Both the position numbers and the translations under genes were made by a program. The notes below the pieces were generated by a model. The model did no database searches, was not told the DNA's origin, and worked only from the letters and a program-made list of their open reading frames with translations. DNA of 63,320 bases, the filler included, from Saprolegnia diclina VS20 (taxonomy: Eukaryota), in assembly GCF_000281045.1 (NCBI RefSeq). It is 6 parts of 3 records of this genome, joined end to end, with 100 filler letters (N's around TTAATTAATTAA, not from the genome) between each part and the next. Parts side by side here need not be neighbours in the genome. Positions count along the whole stretch, not along the records: positions 9,172 to 23,603 come from NW_008246136.1; 5 more parts are not named here. The stretch is one strand, 5' to 3'. This document shows positions 10,845-23,703 of the stretch, in pieces (positions within the stretch are counted from its first letter, which is position 1; each line of letters opens with the position of its first letter).

Positions 10845-13734
10845 TATGTTCCGCTCTTATTTGTAAGCTAATTAGCTGTTGATCGACAGGGCAGAGGAAT
10901 GCTTTCGTCCTCGGGTGTGGGAATTATGGAATATTTTCGCTGAGGTGGCCACCATTTGTGCGAGTTTGGACGAGCACGAGGCGTCCTGATTTCCTTGGTT
11001 AGAATATCGAAGCACATTTGTGACCAGTCAGTGGCGCACGACGAAGCCCCCTGATGTGCAGTTTGCGATTCACAAGCATGGGATAGCCCATGCCATCGAA
11101 TCTGAAGCAAGAGTTGTTTCATTCGCACAAGCTTTGTGATGAAAATACGGCAAAGACGTTTCCCCGAGGCTTGACAGCAAAGAGTGTCAAATTTGTGCCA
11201 TATTTTACTGTGGTCTGTCCGGCCAAACACTCCACATTGGCAGATTGATGAAAACGTCTGGGATTTATCTTCTTGGCTCCAGCCCGACGTATTACCCCTT
11301 GCAATGACAAACGATCAGTTGCACCATTATGCAATANNNNNNNNNNNNNNNNNNNNNNNNNNNNNNNNNNNNNNNNNNNNNNNNNNNNNNNNNNNNNNNN
11401 NNNNNNNNNNNNNNNNNNNNNNNNNNNNNNNNNNNNCAGCTGCATATCTACAAGTCTGTCATGTAGATTCTGTCAGTGAAGAGCCCGTATACATGTACAT
11501 ACTTGTGTGTCAACTAGCTGCTTGAACGCACATCAACGGTGCACCACCCCGCGCCTGCGGGTTTGTTTAGTACAGAGTACTCGGGTCTTCAACCAGGCCT
11601 ACCAAGCACCAGACCGAGGACCCTGTTGGATCCATGTGTTCGCCCTGCTGCTACTTCCACTTGCTATTGTGTCATCCTTACTGCTTTGGGCAGTACTCGG
11701 ACCGAATGTGAGGTTCTATTTCGTGCTCGTCAGCAGGCAAAGTTGCAGAATGTATATAATAGTGGCTGGGCGACTGCTCCGCTTCAAGGCTACTTGGACT
11801 CCCACCCTTCGCCGCGCTACAACTATGAATAGATGAATGGCGTGCGCGTCCAGGGTTGCCGTAACGCGAAACTTTCGGGCGCGACGCTGTTGGCGGGAAT
11901 ATGAATGGCTTGCAGCATCGCTATACAGGCGTATCTTGAAAGGTCACCGTGAAGCCCAATCTTTATCCGGATCCGGATACGTTCCATCACGGCGCTTCAA
12001 GGGAGAGCAATCGGGCTCTTCTCAAGCAGCACAAAAGGCTGCTCAGCAAAGGTTCCATGCACGGGCGATGCAGACAACGAAAGTACAGACATAAGGAGGG
12101 CGTCGAAGCAGAGAGCGCGCCGTTCGTAGCCATTCTGCCAATACAGAGTCGCTGACGAGCCGACGACGACCCACAGAGGACCGACGCCTCGACACTATCC
12201 GCCCGCTTCAAATCTAAAGAGGTCTTTCACCAACGTAGTCGACTTATGACATCGAGTCCATGCTGGCAGCAGCATCGGTATCGCATTCTTTGATTTGTAG
12301 CATTGTTTGGTTACCGTGGGTACGTGCCACTTGCTCGTATGTTGCGTCAGTAGGTATGTTCAAGCTTGCACGATGGCGCAAAGACGAGTGTTGTTGAGGG
12401 TCAATACTGACGCGGCGTGGTACGTTTCGGTGCCCAGCATCGCAGTGCAACTAGCCGCGATGACGCAGTGGGACGCGTCGTACCGTAGTAAATGGAGTGC
12501 CATCGACGAAATGCCAGTTACATCGACGTATACCTGAGCGACTCACGTGGATACCGACGCGCGTCACGAGATCCACAAGCGTGCTCTCTGCTATCGCGCT
12601 CTCGGAGAAAATACAAAGAAGGGCCTTGTCGATGCCACTGTGCCAACGGATTCAGCCGTAGCAAATTCCGTTCCGATAGGTCGCAGCTGCGACTCGACCC
12701 GCACACGAACGTGACCGATGTCCCTACGTTACCAACAACTCGGCGCCTCGCAATCGCGGTCTGAAATCTGCCGTGCTTGCACCAGCATGTCCACCTTCGA
12801 ACTGCCAGACTCCTGACGCCAGGCCTTCCGCTACTGGCGACGACATGATTCGCACCGCGTCCATAGACCCATATGATTGGCTATGATAGGGCTCGGTCTT
12901 GCACCGCTAACGTGAGTGTGCCCTGGTTCCCCAGTCTCGTCCGGTGAGCACAAGTACTGGCGATGAAGGACCGTGCAGGCGTTACGAGACGCCTCTGATT
13001 ACTACGAGTGCAGTGCAGTGCTTGGTGTTGTCCAGTGCTGCACGCAGAAAGGCGAACCTTTTCAACTCATTTTGTGTGTGTTTCGCTGGTTGTGCGTCTC
13101 TTGCGGCTATGGGGAGGATATGTTGAGCACTGTACCTTGCTTCCTCGACGCACGAGGGCGCGCGGACGCCGGTCCTCTCTCCGAGACAAAGCGCCCGTCG
13201 CCACGCCCACTCGCGCCTCGCTTGATGCCACACCGCATGAGGCGTCCAGCATCTTTCATCAGTAAAATTGCATGTTCATAACTTTTTGCAGCACCAACGA
13301 GACGCGCTCTTGGGCAACGAGCCGGTTGCAGTGCCGCGCTGAGATCGGCCACGGGTTTAAGCAATGTTGTGGCCAGTCGACGAACCCAGGAAGACGGATG
13401 GTACCGCCCAGTACGCGTTCCAAGTCGCGGCCGTGCAAACGCAGCTTCTTTTGTTCGGTCGCGCGAACATGCAAAGGCGGTGCTCTACATATCGTCGAAC
13501 GCACGAACGCTGCCAGAGATCGCAATGGTCTTCGCATCGTTGTCGGAAGACGAGGAAGGAGGGAGGTTGACACAGTGGTCCTTCTTCTGCTCGCCGCCAC
13601 GTCCTGTCCCCTTCCGCCGCGCGTTCACGGAACCAAACAACGAAATTCAGGAATGGAAAGGCGGTGGTTTAACTTATTACGAGAGGCGGCAGCCAACTAC
13701 ACACTACACTACAGATTGTTGATCGACTACGAGT

Positions 13735-14127
13735 TCACGGGCTCAGAAGAAACGCGATCGACATTTTCGACACGACGGACGACGCTTTGCCTTGCTTGAG
13801 GAGGCGGAGCTCGCGCCGACGCTGGTTGATCTTTTCGCGGTGCGCTGCGAGGTACTCCTTCTTGCGCGCGAGGACCTTCTCGCGGTGGTGGACGTAATAT
13901 TGCTTGGCCTGCGCGAGCTCGCGCTCCTTGTGGCGCTGGCGGTACTCCTTGTTGAGCGCGAGGACGTTGTCCTTGTGCGACTCGTAGTAGCGGCGCGCTT
14001 GGAGGAGCTCGGCCTCGCGGTGGCGCGCATAGTACTCCTTCTGGCGCGCCAGGACCTTTTGGCGGTTCTTCTCATAGTACTTGCGGTCGGCCGCGGCTCG
14101 GTTGCGCTTGCGGGTCTCGGACGTCAT
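13735..14127 (-). CDS. Small basic helical-repeat protein (YYxxHRExxLxxxKE repeats) with C-terminal MSIAFLL motif
   Basis: About six ~15-aa repeats, strong codon bias, ATG at 14127. Confidence 0.75.
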   Translation of the reverse strand: MTSETRKRNRAAADRKYYEKNRQKVLARQKEYYARHREAELLQARRYYESHKDNVLALNKEYRQRHKERELAQAKQYYVHHREKVLARKKEYLAAHREKINQRRRELRLLKQGKASSVVSKMSIAFLLSP

Positions 14128-15658
14128 GCTTTTTGAAATGTGGGTTTGGGGTTGCGGGTGAAAACTGAAGTGAGACGGCGACGACGCCGATGGTGTCAAG
14201 ACCGTAGCAGTTGCGTCCAGAAGTTTGCCCGTCAACGAAGGGTTGGATCAAGCGCTGGGGCCAGCGCGCGTACTTCCTACAATGTACACGGTACCCATCC
14301 CTCGAGTCTTGTGTTTTTATGCACCTTTCTCTTGTCGTTTGTAGGCGCCTTTGCGATTTTTGAAAAAAACACGATCCATGGTCACAGCAAGCAGATGGTT
14401 TCGGCCCGCGACGTCGACGCCATCGCGCGGCAAGGGCCCTAGGAAATGTAAAGTTGCACACGCCATTACGATAGAGGCGCTTCGGGCGAAGCGATCGAAG
14501 GGCTAGAACGCCGTAGGAAGAGCACCGAGAGCCGCTAGACGGACGACGAAGGGGCATTGAAGCGCGCGGCCGCGCCTAATTTTTCGGCCCAATCTAAGCC
14601 GTGTCACATGGGACAAAGCGACTTGACCCGTGTGTCAAGAGAACAAAGAAAAAAAGATCCAAGTGACGCGTGATACACCCTACGGTATGACCCAAGAGGG
14701 GGACTGGACCAAACTTCAGGATGTAGCCATTGACGGACTTGGCGACACGTGCACAATGTGCTGCTTGTGCAAGGTGGCGCACCACGCCGAGTCGGATCGA
14801 GCCCCACGGACAAGGGATGTGGGGTCGCATCCGCATTGGCCGGTGCGATCAACCTCCTCAAGAGCAGCCTGTTTCCAAGTTCAAACATCGCGGCCCGAAA
14901 GGCAAGTAGCAACGCCGGCCAAGCAGAGGATCGGCCGCTCGGTCCCGGAAACTTCAGGTTTCAAGCAGCTGAGTGCGACACGAAGAAAGATCCTTCCACT
15001 TTCCGGCGCGATTTCAGCACGTATTATACGCTGCCGTGGCGGGCACAGAAGTTGAAGCCAGCATGCCACATCATCCGTGGCCAGCCAAAACACAGCAACC
15101 AAAGGTCCCATGAAAGAAGGGGAGAACCACGCACGCAAAATGATCCCACGCTCGAGTAGCTCGATCTGCCAGAGACCGTTTCCTTGGCGCCAGCAGCAAG
15201 TCGAACCGACACCGTCGTCCATCTCAACGAGTAGTGTGATGGCCACTGATACATGCTGCGCAGATGCCAACCATGTTCATGGGTGGTGCGCGCAGCCGTG
15301 CCTGATACGCTCGAAAATTTAGCCGGGAAGCCATTCTGGAAGCCGTCGGCGTCTGAGCCGTCGCGCGCGAGTGGGGCACAATTTCGAACGAGGTAGCTGC
15401 CCGGGTACTCGGCGCGTGGGTGGCGGCGGCTGGGAGTGGTAGCTGCGACGCTCCACGGCGCACAACTGCGCCAACTCAGACAAGGATCGCGGCGAAACGT
15501 GGCACGTCGGCGACTTTGCACTTTGTATGCAGTCCTGGCGTGGGACTCTGTGTCAATCCACCCAAGCCGACGCGACGCTACCCTGTACTCGAAACAAGAA
15601 ACAACGAGTAGCAAACGCCCAAGCTTCTTTCGAAACATCGTAGTCGTAGGCTTGTTTA

Positions 15659-16213
15659 TCAGAGCTCGTCGATCGGCTGGAGGTTTTGAAGCAGGCGACG
15701 CGTGTAGTAGTTTTCGGTAATCTCAACCGCCGTGAGCCCATCCGCGTTCTTCAAGTCGCGGGGCACGCCGGCCTCGAGGAAGACGCGGACCGTCTCGGTA
15801 TGGCGGCGCTGGCTGCCCCACGCCGCGCGATGAAACGGCGCAAAGCCGTCCTTGTGCAATTCGGTCGGGCTCAAGCCGTGTTCCAAGAGCAGCTTGGCGA
15901 CCGCCGGGCGGCCTTGGTACGCGGCGCCGTGCATGGGCGTGTACCCATCCTTCTCGCCCTTCATGACATCAATGCCCGGGTACGTCAAGAGAAGCTTGAC
16001 GACATCGATCGAGCCAAAGAGGCATGCGCGCATGAGGCACGTCTGCCCGCCCTCGGGGCCGACTTCGTTGAGCACTTCGGGGTTCGTCTTGAGAAGGCCG
16101 GCGACGACTTCGACCTTGTTGTTGGCGCACGCAGCGTGGAACTCGGGGTGCTGGCCAAGGACGGCCGCGGTCGCCCACGTCGCGAGCGCCAAGTAGAACC
16201 GGAGGAGGACCAT
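15659..16213 (-). CDS. Ankyrin-repeat protein with a predicted signal peptide
   Basis: Hydrophobic N-terminus MVLLRFYLALATWATAAVLG. Ankyrin repeats GQTCLMRAC, GYTPMHGAAYQG and GFAPFHRAA. Confidence 0.88.
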   Translation of the reverse strand: MVLLRFYLALATWATAAVLGQHPEFHAACANNKVEVVAGLLKTNPEVLNEVGPEGGQTCLMRACLFGSIDVVKLLLTYPGIDVMKGEKDGYTPMHGAAYQGRPAVAKLLLEHGLSPTELHKDGFAPFHRAAWGSQRRHTETVRVFLEAGVPRDLKNADGLTAVEITENYYTRRLLQNLQPIDEL

Positions 16214-17013
16214 CGCTGCCTATTTTTTCAAGATTTGTGGGACCGCAGTCGGAAGGTGTATCCGGACAGCCAGTCATCCGGATAGATGCACGACGCACGC
16301 AAGATGAACTCCGAACTGAGTGTGGCGGCGCTTGGTGTAGAAACGTGTGGGTGCGCCTCGGCGCGTCAGTTTCCTTTGTGCTGGACGTACGGCTGCCGTC
16401 AGTGCAGGCGCACTTGGAGGGCCAGGCAGAGGCGGAAGCTGGGCGGAAGCTGCTTCAACGACGCGATAGCCCCGAGACGTGGGACCGAACCAGGAGGCCG
16501 GAGTAAACGGTGCCACGTTATTAGGGAAAATGCGTGACGATCTCGTCCGATGCGTCGACGAACACGGCGACGACCAAGGCGCCAGCCTTGTCGCTCCTCC
16601 TCGCGCGCGGCTGGGGGATGGTAGTTGAAGCGCGTCGCCTTCTCGCCAACTCGCGGAGCAGGTGCACGGCAGGTAGCAAGCCATGACGACCGAGTTCGAT
16701 GGGCAGTGCCTGCGACGTCCAAGGCTTGTGTCGTTGGATGGGTATAAAAGACGGGGTGCCACACCAGCGAGGATGCCCGTGGACGTCCCGTATGGACAAG
16801 GCACCGTGCTCGTCGCGAGACGAGAGGAGCGGGCGCCACGTATTCGTACTATCAAGGTCATACGTACTTTGGTATCTAGAGCTATGTTAGGAGTATGCTT
16901 GGTGCAGGCGCTTCTTATCTTGTCTTTGGCCATAGAAAGGCGACGAGAAATAGCAGCCAATCCGGAGCCAGGATGCCAAAAGGCAAAGTGAAAAGATCCA
17001 ACAACAGCGGAGG

Positions 17014-17334
17014 ATGCGACCGGCCTGGCTGCATGTCGTCGCTTTTGCATGCGGGGTCTATGGAGCGCGGCTGCGGTCGATGGGCTCAGCGCTCATGGTT
17101 GTGGCGAGTGAGAAGGCGCCCTCGGATCAGCCGGGCCGGGCCAAGGCGCCGGCTGCCATCAACCTCTTTGAGCCAACAAACGAGTGGAAGACCATCGAGG
17201 AAGGCCAGCAGCTACCAGGGGTACGCTGCCGCTGTGCCTAGGCGCATGCAAGTGATGTGTTTGTGTCGGCGTAGGGACTGTGGATCCGAATCAACTTGGC
17301 CACGGGGCTCAAAGAAGCTCGACTGCTCGAGTAG
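17014..17334 (+). CDS. ~88-aa protein consisting of a leader plus the SIL1 N-terminal motif (2 exons; intron 17221-17274)
   Basis: Splicing GTACGC...GTAG gives FEPTNEWKTIEEGQQLPG|GLWIRINLATGLKEARLLE*, matching the SIL1 N-terminal pattern FxPTxEWxxxxxGQxxPxGLxxRxNLxTGxKEAxL. Confidence 0.65.
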
Positions 17335-17891
17335 GAAGACAACGATACACTGAGTGCTTGCGAGGATCGAGACAAGCGTCGTGTAATGCTAGGAATTGAC
17401 CCAAGCTGTGCGCGTTCACTATGTCCGTCCTGCCGCGTAATGGCTGCGAGACCACAACACACATGGCAAGCAGTCCTTCGGCGTCCCCAGACCGAGAGCC
17501 AAGAGAGCCAAGAGAGCCAAATCGAAAAATCGAGAAAGGCTGATCGCGCGCAATGTCAATGCGAGGCCCGCAGATTTCATCCTGGTATAGGTTATTCTAG
17601 TTCAACTCAAACTGGTAATGGAGCAAACAGTACCAGTACCAGCACGGTACCAGCACAGGACATGGGTTTTGCAAGCAAAACAACAAAGTTCGCGGAAAAT
17701 TGAGGCGAAAACAGAGAAGTGGAGACGATAATCTTTGATTCGAGATCGGTCATGTTTAGAAAAGGTTGTCGCGCCGTTGCTCTCTTTCTATGTCGTTTAG
17801 ACCGGTGCCATGAAAAGCAAGAAGATGTAGCATCGTGATTTCAATTAATACTAGCATATTAGGTAAGGATTTATATGGTTGTACAAGTTGT

Positions 17892-18848
17892 CTAGACTCT
17901 CGTGTCATTCGCGCCATGATAGTCGGTCGTCCCCTCATGGTTGTCTGGGACATCAACTGTCGGCACCGACTTGGCCGCGGCGCGTGCGCGGAGGCCCGCG
18001 TACGTGAATAGAATGAGCGCCACCCACACGCAGCCAAAGCCCGCGGCCTTGGTCACGGAGAAATCTTCATCATAAATGAGCGCGCCAACAATCGTCTGGA
18101 TGGACGGGCCAATGAACTGGACGATGCCTAGAATCGTCAGCGGGATCGTCTGGAGTGCGGTTGTAAAGCAGAGCTGCGGCAAAATCGTCGCGAGGCCGCA
18201 GCCGACCATGAGCCAATTGAGCTTGGCGCCCGAGTGGCCAAATGCGCCGGACCCCTCTTCGTTGAGGACGATGAGGATGATGATGCACGGCACCGAGAGG
18301 AGCATGAGCTCGATCGAGACGCCTTGGAGGCCGTTGAGCGGCGCCTTCTTTTGCACGAGACCGTAGACGCCAAAGACGGCCGCAAGTGAAAATGAAATCC
18401 ACGGGAATTTGCCATACCCAATCGTAACAATGAGGACGCCGACGGCAGCAATACCGACCGCGATCCACTGTAGCAATGGAAGCCGCTCCTTGAGGAAGAT
18501 GACACCGAGCACGACGCTGAAGAGCGGGTTGATGAAATACCCGAGACTCATTTGGAGGATTTGGCCCGAGTTGACGGCGTAGAGCGAGAGGAAAAAGTTG
18601 GCACCGAGAAGAACCGCCGAGATCGAGTAGATTTTGTACGTCTTGAGCGTGCACGCGGCGGTGAGCCACGCGCGAAACTGCCCTGTGGCAACGAGGAAGA
18701 GCAGAAGCACGGGAAACGACCACACGACGCGGTGCAAGACAAGCTGGTACGAGTTGATCGCGAGGAGCTGCTTCCAGTAGATGGGCTGGAAGCCCCAGAG
18801 CAAATACGCTAAAACCGCAAAGCCGACGCCGGTCCGCACGTCACTCAT
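17892..18848 (-). CDS. rarD: RarD-like EamA/DMT transporter, copy 1
   Basis: AYLLWGFQPIYWKQL, HRVVWS, SLGYFINPLFSVVLGVIFLKERL, YGLVQKK, LGIVQFIGP. About 10 TM segments; intronless. Confidence 0.88.
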   Translation of the reverse strand: MSDVRTGVGFAVLAYLLWGFQPIYWKQLLAINSYQLVLHRVVWSFPVLLLFLVATGQFRAWLTAACTLKTYKIYSISAVLLGANFFLSLYAVNSGQILQMSLGYFINPLFSVVLGVIFLKERLPLLQWIAVGIAAVGVLIVTIGYGKFPWISFSLAAVFGVYGLVQKKAPLNGLQGVSIELMLLSVPCIIILIVLNEEGSGAFGHSGAKLNWLMVGCGLATILPQLCFTTALQTIPLTILGIVQFIGPSIQTIVGALIYDEDFSVTKAAGFGCVWVALILFTYAGLRARAAAKSVPTVDVPDNHEGTTDYHGANDTRV

Positions 18849-20035
18849 CTTGCGCGAGTTGAATTGTGATGGAGCCGCGGTAGAAAGGCAGGCGCGACAT
18901 GAACTCACCTAGCGTCCTGCGGATAATTTTGAAGCTGCAGCGGTTTTTCGATAAACGGGCTTGAGTCATGTGCGTTATATAGGTTAAAAGGCCATGAGTG
19001 GACTTTAACGCTACTAAATGTCTTTAACGTCGTACGACGTGGCAATCCGAGAGCGTTTCGACGCGTCAGATGGATGGTCACGTTGCGTGCGATTGCACTT
19101 TAGCTAGATGATGGAAATGCATATTTTGACATACTCAGTGCAATGTAATCATTTAAGGATGCTTTATTATTATTATTATTGTGAATGTTTAATCTGTTTT
19201 TTATCGCTAACATAGGTTGCTGAGACCCTGTTGTCCCACGGAGTGCCGTCCCTGCCACCTCGGAAATAGGCCACGTCATGGCCGTCGATTTCTGCTTGGA
19301 GTTCACCTGGCACCCAGCGACTCCCAGTGGCTTCGAAAAATCGGCAGTCGGAACCCCATTTCTTCTAGTTTTCCCCAGCAACCGTTGCTGTTGGAGGTTC
19401 ACTGGTGGCCTTGGAGTTGTTGCTGACAATCGCCGTGCGGCTCGTCCCGACATCGCCTCGGAATGTGGCGGCGTTTGACGCAAGAGAACATCCCTCGATC
19501 GCTGGATATGCAGTCCTTTAAGTGGACGGCACCAAGTACTTATTGTGACGGCCCTCTCTGTATGTGCTAGGACGCAATAGCGCCCGTTCATATTGTTGTC
19601 TGTCGACTCGGTGTGCTAGAACCGAAGAACCGACCGATGGTGTCTTTTCGTTTATGTACCGGTCATTTGTGACTGCCGGTTCACCACAGTGCGTCGCGCC
19701 ACCCGGATGGCACCACACCAGCATTGCACGCGCGATGATGACAGCGTCACCCTGTCCTTTCTCGATCGAGTCATCGCAGCGGTATGCGGCAATGGCTGCC
19801 ACCACATACTCTTCACGTTATCCACAATGCGTGGACGAGGGAGTTCCAGGATGAACCCGTCGCACCCAGGATACATGGTGTACGTGCGCACCGGATTGCG
19901 ACATGGTGCGCGATCTTAGTGTTGAAAGGAGGCGGTATCGTTCACCGCATCGTCCAAGTATTGCCGACATCGTATTTGCAGGATGAACGCAACTATCTTT
20001 CTATTGACTAGACATACTAATAAACTAACTCTTAA

Positions 20036-21013
20036 CTAGACGTGGGCGTCAACGACACCGCGGTACTCGGCCTTGGAGTTGTTGTCGGAGCTCGTGCCGT
20101 CTTCGCTCTCGCTGACCTTGGCTTCGTCGAGAATTGGCTCGGGCGCCTTGGCACGGAGCCCGTCCACCGTGAAAATGACGAGCGAGATCCACACGCAAAT
20201 GAAGCCCGCGAGCTTCATCGAGCCAAAGTCTTCGTCGTACATGAAGACACCGACAAGCGTCTGGATCGTAGGCCCGACAAACTGGACCACGCCGAGGAGC
20301 GAGAGCGTAATGTACTTGAGGCACGATACAAAGGCAATCTGGGGCAAAATCGTGGCCGCACCGCAGCCAACGATAAGCCAGTTGGTCGAGGCGTCCGAGT
20401 GGCCAAAGACACCGGTGCCGCGGAACTCGAGCACGAGAAGCCCGATCAAGCACGGGACAAAGAGCATGAGGAGCTCGACCGAGCACCCGACAAGACCAGA
20501 GAGCGGCGCCTTCTTCTGCACGAGGCCGTAAAAGCCAAAGACCGCCGCGATCGTGAGCGCAATCCACGGAAACTCGCCGTACCCGATCGTGACGATGACG
20601 ACACCGATCGTCGCAATGCCAATCGCGACCCATTGGAGCATCGGGAGCCGTTCCTTGAGAAAGACAACGCCGAGGAGGACGCTAAAGAGCGGGTTGACAA
20701 AGTACCCAAGACTCATTTGCAAAATGTGCCCGGCGTTGACAGCCCAAAGCGAAAAGAAAAAGTTGACGCCGAGAAGAAGCGCCGAGATCGAGTAGACTTT
20801 GTAGGTGCTCCACGTCGTGATTGCGGTCCAGTACGTCTTGAGCTCGCCGTTGAGGCCGAGGAAGACGAGGAGAATCGGGTACGACCACACGACGCGGTGG
20901 AGAATGAGCTCATACGAGTTGACGTCGAGGAGCTGCTTCCAGTAGATGGGCTGGAACCCCCAGAGGAGGTACGCGATAAGGGCAAAGCCGACGCCGAGGT
21001 GCACGCCGTTCAT
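20036..21013 (-). CDS. rarD: RarD-like EamA/DMT transporter, copy 2
   Basis: Same motifs as copy 1 (AYLLWGFQPIYWKQL, SLGYFVNPL, KERL). Tandem paralogue. Confidence 0.88.
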   Translation of the reverse strand: MNGVHLGVGFALIAYLLWGFQPIYWKQLLDVNSYELILHRVVWSYPILLVFLGLNGELKTYWTAITTWSTYKVYSISALLLGVNFFFSLWAVNAGHILQMSLGYFVNPLFSVLLGVVFLKERLPMLQWVAIGIATIGVVIVTIGYGEFPWIALTIAAVFGFYGLVQKKAPLSGLVGCSVELLMLFVPCLIGLLVLEFRGTGVFGHSDASTNWLIVGCGAATILPQIAFVSCLKYITLSLLGVVQFVGPTIQTLVGVFMYDEDFGSMKLAGFICVWISLVIFTVDGLRAKAPEPILDEAKVSESEDGTSSDNNSKAEYRGVVDAHV

Positions 21014-23703
21014 GCTACTACTGCTGATACAAAGGCAAAAGGAAAAGTGAGGATGCCACCAAAAAACCAAACCGAAAACGCACAAATCATGTTTCACGTG
21101 GTTTGTTGCTGCTGCGACCAGCAGGCGTGGCACGCACCCAGCACCTTTCGTTTGGCAAAGAGATGCGGAGCGTGCCGTGACAGCGATAAGCGCGACATGT
21201 GGGTATCCACTTTCCCCCTTGAAGTCTCCCGCGGCCTTCCTTTGCACGCGTTAATTCCGCCACAACACGAGGTTAATTTGCTGTAGACGGCGTTGAACGC
21301 GTTTAACGCGCCCGGCGCACGGGAGAGGGCTCGGGGTCGATGGGCGCACCGTGGGATCTCCTCCATAAAAATGCATGATAAAGACTCGATGTTTGTATAG
21401 GCTACAAGTAGCGTCTACAAGCAAGTATCTTTGTAGGGACAATGCATGAAAAATGGAATAAGTGAGCGCTCAGACGTGTGGTGTCGCGGACAACTCCAGG
21501 CTTCCTTGCACCGCCCAGGGGAACTCCTGCGCCCCCATCGCTCCACCAATGACGGCGGACACGACTGCGATCGCGCCTTGGGACAGTGGGCGTAGAGCCG
21601 CGCATGCTCTGCTTCGTTCAAACCAGGCTGGGTACATCCACCCACCCGCCGCCTTCCAAATAAGGTAGTAATTCCACTGTGTCGCCTTCAAGGAGCAAAC
21701 TGTCGAGCAATCTGCGTGGATTGCGATGTGTTTTGGTGACGCCGGCGCCATTTCTGTCGAGCAATCGCCAGCGACCCGATGTGCCGCCACCGTGTATAGC
21801 AATCGTCGATCGGCATCGCGATGTGCTCACGCGCTGCATGTACCCTACAACAGCGTGTCGACTTGGGTCACTACTATCTACCATAGCACTTCGTCTTCTG
21901 TCCGGCGCCTTGGAGCTGACGTCAAATGCTCGTGGCGCTGTCGTGGCCATCCACGTCGCAACAAAAAACCAGCACGCTCGGGTTCTACTCATGCATGCTG
22001 CAGTGCACACTATTGTCGAATGGAAGGTGGAGAAGGTAGTGAGTGACAAGTTGTTTCGGCTTTTGCATCGCAGGATAACGCAGGTCTGCGGTACGCTTCG
22101 GCCGCCATCGTCATGTAGGCGCGTTGTGTATGCGGCGACCACTTGCATCCAAACACCATCCAGCGCGTGGATACATGGTCGGGGCGCGCCATGGCGGCCT
22201 GGGCCTCGCCGATTGATGACTAGTTTGTAAAACATACTAGAATTACTACCCGCTGCCAACGCGTAGCTCTGTATACTGAGCAGTTTGGTATCGTATCCAC
22301 GCGTGCACCATGTATCCTACGGGATCCGGCAAACCGATCTGCTCTCGTCGACAGTCAAATACCAGCTAGATGATTCTTGTCGCCTTTTATTAGAGCGTCG
22401 CGGAGCTACAGACTGCCGTTCGATCCCTGCGTGCCCTTTGCATGTTGCGTTCGTCCATGCGACCTTGAAGCTGCAAAGAGTGTGCCTGGGACAGTCGACG
22501 CATTTCCATTCACTGATCGTGGATAATGCTGAAGTGATTCGCTATCGCCAAACGACGACTAGTCTGAGATAAGCCGATTCTGTCCAGTACGTCGGCTGCG
22601 CCGTCCTTGGGACGACGCGACAAAACCACAACGAGCAACGAATGCTGCGCTTCTTCAACTTCAACCCTTCAAGTTGCGTTTGCAGAAACGTAACAGCGCG
22701 CCCTTTGGCGCTGGGACGACCCAAAATCATGGCCCGGCCCACCACTTGGTTTGTGGCACGCCTGTCGGGCGGCCCGACGGGGTTTTCAGGGGCCCAAAAA
22801 CCCGGGCCCCCAAAAAGGCAAGATGAGCTGGCAAGGTGTCCTTCGACGCCGTGTCCTGGCCGTGTTGGAAGAAACGGTATGCAGCTGCCTTGGTCAACCA
22901 AGCTGCCGCCTGCTTTGGGCACCCTGATGGAGGACCAGGTACCACGCCCTCATTTCTTGGCGCCCAGCTACAGTCTTTGTCCGCTTCACAGTGGCGTGCG
23001 GACAGTGCATTCATCGAAGGAGAGGTGTGGATTCGCCGCTCGATGCATTAGCTTTCACCCTTGTGGTGCAGTTCACGAAAGAACGCTCCATCAAAGACGT
23101 CTTCGGACGTGGGACTCCATTGCTCGTCACGTCAAGCTCTGTGGTGCCTTTGTCGTGCAACAACGCAGTGAGGCTCAGAACGGAGGCGGTGCTAGCGGTC
23201 ACCCCCAAAGCAGATCGAGCTGTATGGCCGAACATGCCGGAGGAGCCGTGCACAACCGTACAGGCATCTACGTCTTTTATGCGGACGGCGCCAGTCAAGG
23301 CGGACAAGATTACGGCTTCTGAACGTGATATGCACTCGCGTTCAACTACACCCTTCGATCACAATGAGTGAGTGAATACTATACCAAAGGCATGTGCGCG
23401 CACTTTGTTACCAGTAGCCGTCCGTGATGTCAACTCGGGCATTGGACAGTCGTTTCTGGGCAAGCGCGTCGTCTGACGGCAAGCTCAGGACCTCAATCTG
23501 GGTTGCCAAGAAGTGAAAGAGGTTTTCGGCGCAAGGCCGAGCGATCTGGAAGACCACGATCCACGGTATACAAGATCCAAGGTCCAGGAGCAGAGCAAGC
23601 GAGNNNNNNNNNNNNNNNNNNNNNNNNNNNNNNNNNNNNNNNNNNNNTTAATTAATTAANNNNNNNNNNNNNNNNNNNNNNNNNNNNNNNNNNNNNNNNN
23701 NNN

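Noticed and set aside
9369..10871. Long antisense ORFs (also 5661-7049, 20042-21286, 35260-36462, 41531-43246, 43343-44605, 45351-46619, 53790-54809)
   Set aside because: Shadow ORFs opposite GC3-rich genes, with no recognisable motifs.
10900..13700. Many short ORFs (similarly 4000-5900, 14300-15600, 19100-20000, 21300-23500, 48500-49600, 55300-56400)
   Set aside because: No recognisable domain or consistent coding bias. Probably intergenic or decayed repeats that I cannot classify by eye.
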